Of a stretch of DNA of 64,000 nucleotides, positions 37,847 to 45,990 are shown in pieces. Source of the DNA: Terriglobia bacterium (GTDB lineage Bacteria > Acidobacteriota > Terriglobia > Bryobacterales > Bryobacteraceae); the NCBI GenBank assembly GCA_963846025.1, contig CAWJUG010000004.1:250065-314064 (forward strand). The letters are read 5' to 3'. The number at the start of each line of letters is the position of its first letter. Positions within the stretch are counted from its first letter, which is position 1. The notes beneath the pieces were generated by a model. The model was not told the origin of the DNA. It ran no database searches and worked only from the letters and a program-made list of their open reading frames with translations. The position numbers and the translations under genes were made by a program.

Positions 37847-39933
37847 TGCGAGTTGGCGCACTGCAGGCGATCGGCTGGCCCGCAAACCGTCTGCCCGATG
37901 CAATTCGAGAGTTATGCGAAAAGGGCGGCTTGCGAGTGCACGAGATTCTGCAGCACGCGGCGGATGCAGGTTCCAGCGGCAACCCCCGGGCGCGGATTGA
38001 GTGGCACGCCAAGGCGCTGGGGTGCGAAGCCGAGACATTGCACACTAATTTGCGTGATCTGGATGAGGAACTACGGTTCGCACATCCGGCGATTCTGCAG
38101 TTGAACGAAGACAGCTTCATCGCGATTCTGCGTAGCGGAAAGCGCGAAGCTCGCGTCCTGACGCCCGAGTTGAAAACTCAAAATATTTCGCTCGACGAAT
38201 TAGTGCGCGCCATTCGCGAGCCGCAGATGCAAGCGCTTCAAGAGCCCCTGCAGGAGTTGCTGGGCCGCACGGGGATCAAGCGCGCGCGGCAGAGCCAGGC
38301 GCTAGACAAGCTGCTGTCTGAGCAACTGGCGGTGAAGAGGTTTGAAGCTTGCTGGCTGCTACGGCCATACGCTGGTTCCCGTACATCTGAATGGCTACGG
38401 CAGACAAATGCATACGGGTTGGGCGTGAGCTTGGCAGCAACGCATACGATGCAATACATTTTTTGGCTGGCCTCGTGGTTCATCCTTGGAACGCTTTCAC
38501 TACAAGGGAGAATGGACCGCGGCTGGCTGCTCGCCTGGGCATTATTGTTGATGACATTAGTCCCCCTCCGCGTTTTCACGACCTGGTTACAGGGCGCACT
38601 GGCGATTGGAGTTGGCAGCGCGCTGAAAAGACGCCTGCTTCTGGGTGCTTTACGGCTTGCGCCAGACGAAATGCGGCATCAGGGTATTGGGTCTTTTCTG
38701 GCGCAAGTGCTGGAAACCGAAGCAGTGGAGAGTCTAGCATTAAGCGGCGGAATTGCAGGGCTCCTGGCAATTATTGAGATCGGGGTCTCTGGTTTCGTGC
38801 TGGGCCGATTCGCTTTGCTGCTGCTTGCCTGGTGCGCGATCACGATTTTTGCAGGCTGGCGTTTTCTGGCGCGTTACCAAAACTGGACCGGTGTGCGCAT
38901 GGAGATGACGCAAGATTTGGTCGAGCGCATGGTAGGTCATCGGACGCGCTTAGCGCAGGAGTCACAGGAGTCCTGGCACGAATCCGAAGATCAAAAGCTA
39001 GCAGACTATGTTCGCGCTTCTGGCAGAGTGGATAAGACCGGGGCCTGGCTGGTCGCGGCCATTCCGCGTGGATGGCTGCTGGCCGGAGTGGCGTGTCTGG
39101 CGCCCACGATTATCGTGAACAAGAGCTCAGCCTCTAGTCTTGTCGTGCTATTAGGTGGCATTCTGCTGGCCCAAACCGGTTTCAAGCGGCTGCAGGGCTC
39201 TTTTCTGGATATAGCTGGCGCTTGGGTTTCGTGGAAGCGAATTTTTCCCTTGTTCAGGGCCGCTGCCCGAAAAGAAGTTTTGGGCGCCGCCCCCGTGGCC
39301 AGCGAATCGCCGGAAAGATACGCACGGGTTGTGGAAGCCGACCGGCTGGTGTTTCGTTATCGCAAAGAAGGGCGGCCTGCCTTGCAAGGATTGACGATGG
39401 CAATTCATTGCGGCGACCGAATCCTTCTGGAAGGACCTTCAGGCGGGGGAAAAACAACGTTTGCATCATTGCTTTCTGGAGTACGCGAGCCCAGCGCGGG
39501 CCTGCTCCTGGTAAACGGATTGGATCGGCAAACACTAGGTAACGTGCAGTGGCGGAAGGCAGTGGCCGCCGCTCCGCAGTTCCACGAGAATCATATCCTC
39601 ACAGAGACGCTGGCATTCAATCTGTTGATGGGCCGCCGCTGGCCACCTACGCAACCCGATCTGGAGGAAGCCGAATGTCTGTGCCGCGAGTTGGGGTTAG
39701 GCACTCTTTTAGATCGTATGCCGGGAGGAATTCTCCAGATGGTCGGAGAAGGCGGCTGGCAACTATCGCACGGTGAGCGCAGCCGCATTTATATCGCCCG
39801 GGCGTTATTACAACAACCGGATTTGGTCATTCTGGACGAAAGCTTCGCTGCGCTGGACCCTGAGAGCCTGCAAACGGCGCTCGATTGCACCCTGAAGCGT
39901 GCTAAAACACTGATGGTAATCGCACATCCTTGA
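37846..39933 (+). CDS. ABC exporter permease/ATPase with a Cys-less C39-like N-terminal domain (NHLP-type export ABC2-like)
   Basis: ATG shares one nt with the upstream stop (TGATG). Walker A GPSGGGKT, signature LSHGERSR, Walker B LVILDESF. The N-terminal 130 aa lack the CG...H motifs. Confidence 0.85.
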   Translation: MRVGALQAIGWPANRLPDAIRELCEKGGLRVHEILQHAADAGSSGNPRARIEWHAKALGCEAETLHTNLRDLDEELRFAHPAILQLNEDSFIAILRSGKREARVLTPELKTQNISLDELVRAIREPQMQALQEPLQELLGRTGIKRARQSQALDKLLSEQLAVKRFEACWLLRPYAGSRTSEWLRQTNAYGLGVSLAATHTMQYIFWLASWFILGTLSLQGRMDRGWLLAWALLLMTLVPLRVFTTWLQGALAIGVGSALKRRLLLGALRLAPDEMRHQGIGSFLAQVLETEAVESLALSGGIAGLLAIIEIGVSGFVLGRFALLLLAWCAITIFAGWRFLARYQNWTGVRMEMTQDLVERMVGHRTRLAQESQESWHESEDQKLADYVRASGRVDKTGAWLVAAIPRGWLLAGVACLAPTIIVNKSSASSLVVLLGGILLAQTGFKRLQGSFLDIAGAWVSWKRIFPLFRAAARKEVLGAAPVASESPERYARVVEADRLVFRYRKEGRPALQGLTMAIHCGDRILLEGPSGGGKTTFASLLSGVREPSAGLLLVNGLDRQTLGNVQWRKAVAAAPQFHENHILTETLAFNLLMGRRWPPTQPDLEEAECLCRELGLGTLLDRMPGGILQMVGEGGWQLSHGERSRIYIARALLQQPDLVILDESFAALDPESLQTALDCTLKRAKTLMVIAHP

Positions 39934-39962
39934 TAAACTTGGAATTTACATTCAGGAGTTTC

Positions 39963-40154
39963 ATGGCAGAAGAGAAGCAGACTAGTTCGAAAATAGCGCC
40001 GCACGCGACCTCGCTTAACATAAAGCAAAAAGATAACGTTTACCAGGCTGAATATCTCGGCAGCGGCACGTTTAAGATCGTCAAGCCGAAGCGGCGATCC
40101 CGGAAGCGTAGGCAGTCGCAGTTGAAAGGCACCACGCGCGGCGCTCGCAAGTAG
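39963..40154 (+). CDS. 63-aa protein with an extremely basic C-terminal tail
   Basis: AGGAG 4 nt before ATG 39963. Sequence MAEEKQTSSKIAPHATSLNIKQKDNVYQAEYLGSGTFKIVKPKRRSRKRRQSQLKGTTRGARK. It sits 30 nt after the ABC2 stop on the same strand. Confidence 0.45.
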   Translation: MAEEKQTSSKIAPHATSLNIKQKDNVYQAEYLGSGTFKIVKPKRRSRKRRQSQLKGTTRGARK

Positions 40155-40172
40155 GCCGTCAGTTATCCCTCC

Positions 40173-41255
40173 TTACAATGTCTGCGTCACTTTATTCAGT
40201 GTCCGCGGGCGATCCGGATCTAGACGCTTCACCTCAGCCAAGCTGACTGCGAACAACTGCGCCGGAATGATGTACGGGATAGGTGTGTACAGATCAACCG
40301 GCATTTGATCGGCTGCCGCTAGCACTTCTGGTATCACCAGAGCGCTCTGCACGTGAGTTCTCGTTTCAAGAGCGGCAGAGTTGCTGGTATCCGTGATGAT
40401 TAGTGTTTCGGCTTTGATGGATTGCAGCTTCTCGATCAGTTCGCACATCGGCTTCCAAGTTACACCGGGCGGACAGAGAAGAAACGCCGGGAAAGATGCT
40501 TCGAGCATGGCAATAGGCCCGTGCAGAAGGTCGGCCGAGGAGAAGCGTTCAGCGACAACGTAGCAGGTCTCCATCAGCTTCAAAGCAAACTCGAACGAGT
40601 TTGCGTAATTTAGGCCGCGCCCCACACACACGGCGTGCTGCATGAAGCAATAGCGTTCAGCACAGCGGCGAATCTCCGGTTCAAGTGCAAGAGCCTTTTC
40701 GCACCAGCCCGGCACCCGCTGAAGATGCGCCGCACCGATCGCGCCGCCCAGAGCGTAGGCAGTCAGATACAGGCACAGCAACTGTCCGGTATACGTTTTC
40801 GTCGCAGCGACGCTCTTCTCTTTCCCGGCACGCACCAGGAATGTATGCTCAGCCAGTCTCGCCAGGGTGCTCGCGGGCTCATTTGTAATGCCGACCGTGA
40901 ATGCTCCGGCTTTCTTTGCGCGCTCGAGAACAAGATTCGTATCGGTCGATTCGCCGGATTGCGAGATGGCAATAACGACCGCATCGGTCAGGTTCGGGTG
41001 CGATTCGTAGAGCGTATATACCGACGGCGCGGCCAGGGAAACCGGAATGCCGGTGGTGATTTCGAGAAGATAGCGGCCGAATTGGGCGGCATTGTCAGAA
41101 GTGCCTCGGGCAACCAAAACGATGAGGCGAACCTGGCGCTTTGCAAAGTAGCTGCGCAAGTTTTCGGCTTGCGGCCACTCTTCCGCGAGAGTTCGCTCCA
41201 AAGCGGCGGGCTGCTGTCTGATTTCGTCTCGCATGAGCGACATGCAAGCGAACAT
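40173..41255 (-). CDS. SIS-domain sugar-phosphate isomerase/deaminase (GlmS C-terminal/AgaS-like, two SIS domains)
   Basis: MRDEIRQQPAAL...LIVLVARGTSDNAAQFGRYL...AISQSGESTD. The likely real start is the second ATG (MSLMRDE, 41243). Confidence 0.8.
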   Translation of the reverse strand: MFACMSLMRDEIRQQPAALERTLAEEWPQAENLRSYFAKRQVRLIVLVARGTSDNAAQFGRYLLEITTGIPVSLAAPSVYTLYESHPNLTDAVVIAISQSGESTDTNLVLERAKKAGAFTVGITNEPASTLARLAEHTFLVRAGKEKSVAATKTYTGQLLCLYLTAYALGGAIGAAHLQRVPGWCEKALALEPEIRRCAERYCFMQHAVCVGRGLNYANSFEFALKLMETCYVVAERFSSADLLHGPIAMLEASFPAFLLCPPGVTWKPMCELIEKLQSIKAETLIITDTSNSAALETRTHVQSALVIPEVLAAADQMPVDLYTPIPYIIPAQLFAVSLAEVKRLDPDRPRTLNKVTQTL

Positions 41256-41284
41256 AGCAGAGTGAAAACAGTAATGGCGGCGGC

Positions 41285-42904
41285 CTACAAGAGGACGCGC
41301 TCTCCGCGCGCAGGGCCGACGAAGTATTCAGGACTGATTTCTGCAGACATCGGCAAACGCGTGATAGTTGGCTTAACCAGCAGCAGAGTATCACTTATCG
41401 CGGTGTCACGCGTGTTTTCACTGAAAATTTGGTTCACACCGGAGATATTTGAAAGCCCCGGCAAGCCGGTTCGGGTGCGCGATTGTGTCTTTGAATTCAG
41501 ACCGGCTATTACCGCCCACTCCCCTTCGCGCATGTTGATACTTCCCTTGAACTCTCGCTGATCGATGGCCGGAATTCCATCAAGAGTTTGACTTCCGAGT
41601 GATTTGTAGTTGGCCTCAAGGTCAAGCGATATATTGCCTTCGCCATTGATGCGAGGTGTCAGTTTCAAAAGAATGCCCAAATCTTCCAAGGTGACTTGTC
41701 CAATCGGGTTGTAGATGGAAGAGGCATTCGTTGCCCCGGTAAATGTGGTTTGCGGAATTGGGTATTTGTCCCCAATGTGGAAATTCGCCGTTTGTCCATC
41801 ACCTACTACAACAGTGGCGTCATACAGAGCCTGAGCATGTGAGTCTGAATAGGTCGCAAATAGCGACGCGCTGTTCGTCAGCCCAAGTCCGACGGCAGTA
41901 GCGCCGCCGCCAAAAAGCAGAAACGACGCGCCGCTGGAGATGTTTGTTGGAAGCACATTCTGAAAATGAGCGATATGTCCGAAATCAACGAGGTTGAAGG
42001 ATGTTGGCAAGGACAAGCCGTAATGGAAGCTGCGATCGGAACTGAAGGTCAGAAATTCTACTTCAAACGAGACTTGCGCCTTAGGCAATAGCAATGCCTC
42101 GAGTAGCGCTCGTGCGGTATTGGCCCGCGTGTAGCGGTCACGAACCATAACCATGCGATTGGCTGAATCATAGCCGATGGTGCGTACATTCAGCGTGATT
42201 CGAACCACGTTCGCCGCCTCGATGAGATCCTTCTGATCCAGTGCGTTTGCCAGGGGAAACGTGAGCAATACCTGCGGCTCCAGTTCATTACGTTTCAGTT
42301 CGGTATCGCGGGCAACATAGAAATCGTGCTGCGAAACTGGAAACATAAACGTGCCGGTGGCCGCGGTGAGCCCTTCCATGACCGTGCGAAAGTCCGCTTG
42401 GGCGATATTGAAACGAAGACCAGGATGCAGGTCGAGTTGCGGGTCGAAAATAGGCCGAATCCCAAAGACTTTCGAAATATTTTCGAACAGGGACTTTTCG
42501 TCGCCGCGTATGTCGAATGTGGCAGAGGTCTGTATTGCCTGCAGCTTTGGCATGGGCTGCAGATTGTCGGCACGTTCCCAATCGGCTCGCCTGGCGAGTT
42601 CAAGCGGCGGCTTTGGAGACGAAGCCAGCCCTTCAATTTGGTTTAATTCTTTCGAAACATCGGCACTCTGAATCTCGGCCTTGCTAAGCAGTTTGGCGGC
42701 CGGGGCCAGAGCGTCGCGATTGGCGCGATATGTGCCGTTATGCGGATCGCGAGCGGCAGCGGCAGAGTAAAGCAGATACGCCCGGACGATCTGATTGGAA
42801 TCCTCAGCTTGCTTCGCCTCGGCCGCGATGCGCTCGGCCGTGCGGTCGGCGGCCGCACAGCACAATCCGGCGGCCAGAATGCAGGATATGAGACGAAGCG
42901 TCAA
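41285..42904 (-). CDS. secretin-family outer-membrane channel (type II/III secretion system protein family)
   Basis: Signal peptide MTLRLISCILAAGLCCAAA. C-terminal secretin domain (...GEWAVIAGLNSKTQSRTRTGLPGLSNISGVNQIFSENTRDTAISDTLLLVKPTI). TPR-like helical N-terminus. Confidence 0.8.
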   Translation of the reverse strand: MTLRLISCILAAGLCCAAADRTAERIAAEAKQAEDSNQIVRAYLLYSAAAARDPHNGTYRANRDALAPAAKLLSKAEIQSADVSKELNQIEGLASSPKPPLELARRADWERADNLQPMPKLQAIQTSATFDIRGDEKSLFENISKVFGIRPIFDPQLDLHPGLRFNIAQADFRTVMEGLTAATGTFMFPVSQHDFYVARDTELKRNELEPQVLLTFPLANALDQKDLIEAANVVRITLNVRTIGYDSANRMVMVRDRYTRANTARALLEALLLPKAQVSFEVEFLTFSSDRSFHYGLSLPTSFNLVDFGHIAHFQNVLPTNISSGASFLLFGGGATAVGLGLTNSASLFATYSDSHAQALYDATVVVGDGQTANFHIGDKYPIPQTTFTGATNASSIYNPIGQVTLEDLGILLKLTPRINGEGNISLDLEANYKSLGSQTLDGIPAIDQREFKGSINMREGEWAVIAGLNSKTQSRTRTGLPGLSNISGVNQIFSENTRDTAISDTLLLVKPTITRLPMSAEISPEYFVGPARGERVLL

Positions 42905-42951
42905 AACTTTAGGACGAAAGCCGGTTCGAGATCGTGGAAGTGAAACGGGCT

Positions 42952-43218
42952 CTAATGACCGGGAGCAACATAGCCAGGCGGATGCGCTGCCCCCTCGCCG
43001 AAGAAATACTCTTCCATTTGCTTTAACAGGAATTCCTGCGCCTCTGGCGTTCCCAAATTCAAGCGGTATTCATTCATGATCATCTTCATCTGTTCCACCC
43101 ACATGCCCCACGCCTGCTTGGACACTTGGTCGTAGATGCGCTGTCCAAGCGGATGGCCGTCGAAAGGGACCTCATCCAAACCGGGTAGCTCTTTGTGTAA
43201 TTTCACGCAAAAAACCAT
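42952..43218 (-). CDS. yggX: Fe(II)-trafficking / oxidative-damage protection protein YggX
   Basis: MVFCVKLHKELPGLDEVPFDGHPLGQRIYDQVSKQAWGMWVEQMKMIMNEYRLNL aligns with the E. coli YggX pattern (recalled). Start taken at MVFCV rather than the ORF maximum. Confidence 0.85.
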   Translation of the reverse strand: MVFCVKLHKELPGLDEVPFDGHPLGQRIYDQVSKQAWGMWVEQMKMIMNEYRLNLGTPEAQEFLLKQMEEYFFGEGAAHPPGYVAPGH

Positions 43219-43310
43219 TCGCTCTTGTTTTGTCGCGGGGCCGCCGCTACTCGCCATGACCGATTCTCCTGTTGACTACTTGAGGATAGCCCAGACAACA
43301 GCCAAAGAGA

Positions 43311-43622
43311 CTAAACAGGAGTCGCCGTTCGCGCGCGCAGTAAGGTTCGGACTGGCTCTGGCTCCTCAGCCCCATCCTTGCGGTTCTCCACTTCCCAAAA
43401 ACGGGCAAACCGTAATGGAGCCGATCCGTCGCTTGCAAATTGCTGTTGAACGGCGCGCAGATAACGTTTGAGGGCTTCGTTTTTCGCCGGTTTTCGGATG
43501 TGCACTGCCTGCAAATCGAGTAAGAGGTCCAGTTCCATTGGGGTAAAGGTGTGGCGTCGCACCGTTCCCCCGATGACGTCCTGGATCAACTGTAGATACG
43601 AGTTCACGTCTGAGAGATCCAT
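43311..43622 (-). CDS. hypothetical protein
   Basis: ORF with an internal ATG (MDLSDVNSYLQLIQDV...) that avoids overlap with the divergent NfrB-like gene. No recognisable motif. Confidence 0.4.
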   Translation of the reverse strand: MDLSDVNSYLQLIQDVIGGTVRRHTFTPMELDLLLDLQAVHIRKPAKNEALKRYLRAVQQQFASDGSAPLRFARFWEVENRKDGAEEPEPVRTLLRARTATPV

Positions 43623-43720
43623 AGGGGTTCCGATATCAACGAAGTGCGGTGCAAGGAAGAAAAATCTAAGAGTTTTCTGCGATTCGGGCCTCGTGCCTGC
43701 CACTTTGAATTCGAGAAGTA

Positions 43721-45544
43721 ATGCTTCTGGAATCCAGCGCACAAATTTTCTTCGGAGTATTCGCCGTATCTGCGCTCTCATCAAGTTGGCCCTTGATGCT
43801 TGCGGCATTGGCCTGCCTGCTCCTTTTGAGCGGCATCGACGATCTGGTGCCAGTGCTTATCTGTTTTATCGGGTGGCTCTCTAGTGAGTCTAGGGACAAG
43901 CGTTCGGGTGCCGAGACCACCGAGACCCCTGAGCGCCGCATCGCTATCTTTGTTCCTTGCTGGAAGGAGTCGGAGGTTATCGAGCGAATGGTCCGGCAAA
44001 ACCTCTCGCGCATTCGCTACCGGAACTTCGACATTTTCCTGGGCGTGTACCCAAACGACCAAGTTACCTGCGATGCAGCGCTAGACGTCGCCAGCGATTT
44101 CTCGAACGTCCATGTCGCCGTTGGTCCTCGCGCGGGGCCAACCTCGAAAGCCGACTGCCTGAACTCCATCTATTGCAGCATGACAAACTTCGAGGATGGG
44201 CACGGCATTCACTTTGACACCATCGTTCTGCATGATGCCGAAGATGTTATCCATGCGGACGCGCTCTGCATCATCAATCGAGAGCGGACCCAGTACGAAA
44301 TGGTACAGGTCCCTGTTTTGCCGCTGCCGACGCCTCCAGGCGCTTTCACACACGGCGTCTACTGCGACGAGTTTGCGGAATTTCAACTCGTCGACATGCG
44401 GGCGCGACAGTACACCCGGTCTTTTGTTCCATCGAGTGGAGTAGGAACAGGCTTCGCACGCGACGTTCTGGAGCGTTTGGCGTCGGAACGTGGCGGCCAA
44501 CTCTTCGATCCATCGAGTTTAACGGAAGACTACGATATCGGAGTTCAGATCCACTACGCAGGTTTTCGACAACTGTTTTATCCCCTCAAGCGAAGCGTGA
44601 GAGGAATCGTCGCAACTCGCGAATATTTTCCAGGCAGGGTGCGCAGTGCAATACGGCAACGTACGCGCTGGATAACGGGAATTGCATTGCAATCCTGGGA
44701 ACGGCACGGATGGCGGGGTTCCTGGCGGACACGGTATTGGTTCTGGCGCGATCGCAAGGGCTTGTTCACCAATCCGCTCAGCTTACTGACGAATATCGTT
44801 TTCGTGGCGGGCGTCACGGACTGGTTCTTGAGCGTCATTTCGCACCGGCCGTGGGCGTTTGCAACATCAAATCCTGCAGTAGTTAACCTCTGCTTAGCAA
44901 CGACGTGCCTGCAGGCGTTCCGTTTGACGCTGCGTTCCTTGTGCGTAGCCAGATTGTTCGGGGCAGGCATGGGCGTAACGGTGGCGCTGAGGTGCTTCCA
45001 TGCCAATTTCGTGAATTGCGCCGCTTCGATTTTCGCCGTTAGAAACTATGTACATTCCAGACTCGGGCGGAAGGCGCTCTGCTGGGACAAAACGGAACAC
45101 GCATATCCAGTTCGAGCGGCTGACGATCCGCACCGGGCAGCTTTGGAAGAAGTATTGGTGAAACAGGGCTACGTCTCCGAAGCTAGACTGCAGGTGGCGC
45201 GAACGCACTTGCCGCAGGGCGAAAATATGGCCGACTTTCTTCTGGCTAACCGGCTGGTCTCTGACAAAGATCTATGCCGGGCGATCAGTTTGCAATCGGG
45301 ACTGCCCTGGTCTGATATCGACATCGCGCAAGTCGACCGGAACGTCTTGCGTAGCTTGCCCGCCCGAGTTGAGAAAGATCACAAAGTGCTTCCATTTCGG
45401 GTCTCCGCAGGACGTCTACATATCGCGGCTACTCGGCTACCCGAGGCTCAAGTATTCGATGAGGTCAGCAAGTTCACGCGATTGCAGGTTGAGTTCGTAT
45501 TGGTAACGCGAGTCAATTATGCGCAGCTTCGCAAGCTGCTGTAA
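43721..45544 (+). CDS. NfrB-like membrane glycosyltransferase (GT2) with a C-terminal MshEN/T2SSE_N-like domain
   Basis: Shares blocks I recall from E. coli NfrB: SGIDDLV, GVYPND, GPTSKADCLN, LHDAEDV, PSSGVGTG, SLTEDYDIG, REYFP, RQRTRWITGI, WRDRKG. The C-terminal 135 aa resemble the MshEN fold. Confidence 0.85.
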   Translation: MLLESSAQIFFGVFAVSALSSSWPLMLAALACLLLLSGIDDLVPVLICFIGWLSSESRDKRSGAETTETPERRIAIFVPCWKESEVIERMVRQNLSRIRYRNFDIFLGVYPNDQVTCDAALDVASDFSNVHVAVGPRAGPTSKADCLNSIYCSMTNFEDGHGIHFDTIVLHDAEDVIHADALCIINRERTQYEMVQVPVLPLPTPPGAFTHGVYCDEFAEFQLVDMRARQYTRSFVPSSGVGTGFARDVLERLASERGGQLFDPSSLTEDYDIGVQIHYAGFRQLFYPLKRSVRGIVATREYFPGRVRSAIRQRTRWITGIALQSWERHGWRGSWRTRYWFWRDRKGLFTNPLSLLTNIVFVAGVTDWFLSVISHRPWAFATSNPAVVNLCLATTCLQAFRLTLRSLCVARLFGAGMGVTVALRCFHANFVNCAASIFAVRNYVHSRLGRKALCWDKTEHAYPVRAADDPHRAALEEVLVKQGYVSEARLQVARTHLPQGENMADFLLANRLVSDKDLCRAISLQSGLPWSDIDIAQVDRNVLRSLPARVEKDHKVLPFRVSAGRLHIAATRLPEAQVFDEVSKFTRLQVEFVLVTRVNYAQLRKLL

Positions 45545-45546
45545 GT

Positions 45547-45990
45547 TCAGTGAAGCTGTGGATTGAAGATATCCAAAGGCGCGAACTCTACGATTCGCCA
45601 TTTGGAAGCAACTGGAGCGAGCTTCACGTGAAGCTCACCGCTGCGGCGTCTGGATTTGCCGGTTCCCAGATCGGTAAGCGTCATGTCCCAGGTAACGGTG
45701 AGCACAACAAAGTTTTCGGAGTCTTCTTCGTCCGTAATATCCAATTGATTCTCAACCTGAAATGCGGAAAGCCCTTCGAAATAGCGCCTTAATGTGTCGT
45801 ATTCCGGGTATGACTTGGAAAAGTGAGCTATAGCTTCGGCTGCATTGCCAGAGCTGAGAGCCTCGGCAACTGCGGCAATCTGGGCACGAGCATCCAACGA
45901 CTGATCCGCGGCTGGCGCCCGTTGGGGCTGAACAACCAGCACAAACAAAGCAGTTAGACAAACGACCAGGTTCGTCGCGTTGGCCCTCAT
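45547..45990 (-). CDS. secreted hypothetical protein (possible NTF2-like fold)
   Basis: ATG 45990 overlaps the argJ stop (ATGA). Signal peptide MRANATNLVVCLTALFVLVV. About 120-aa mature domain. Confidence 0.5.
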   Translation of the reverse strand: MRANATNLVVCLTALFVLVVQPQRAPAADQSLDARAQIAAVAEALSSGNAAEAIAHFSKSYPEYDTLRRYFEGLSAFQVENQLDITDEEDSENFVVLTVTWDMTLTDLGTGKSRRRSGELHVKLAPVASKWRIVEFAPLDIFNPQLH

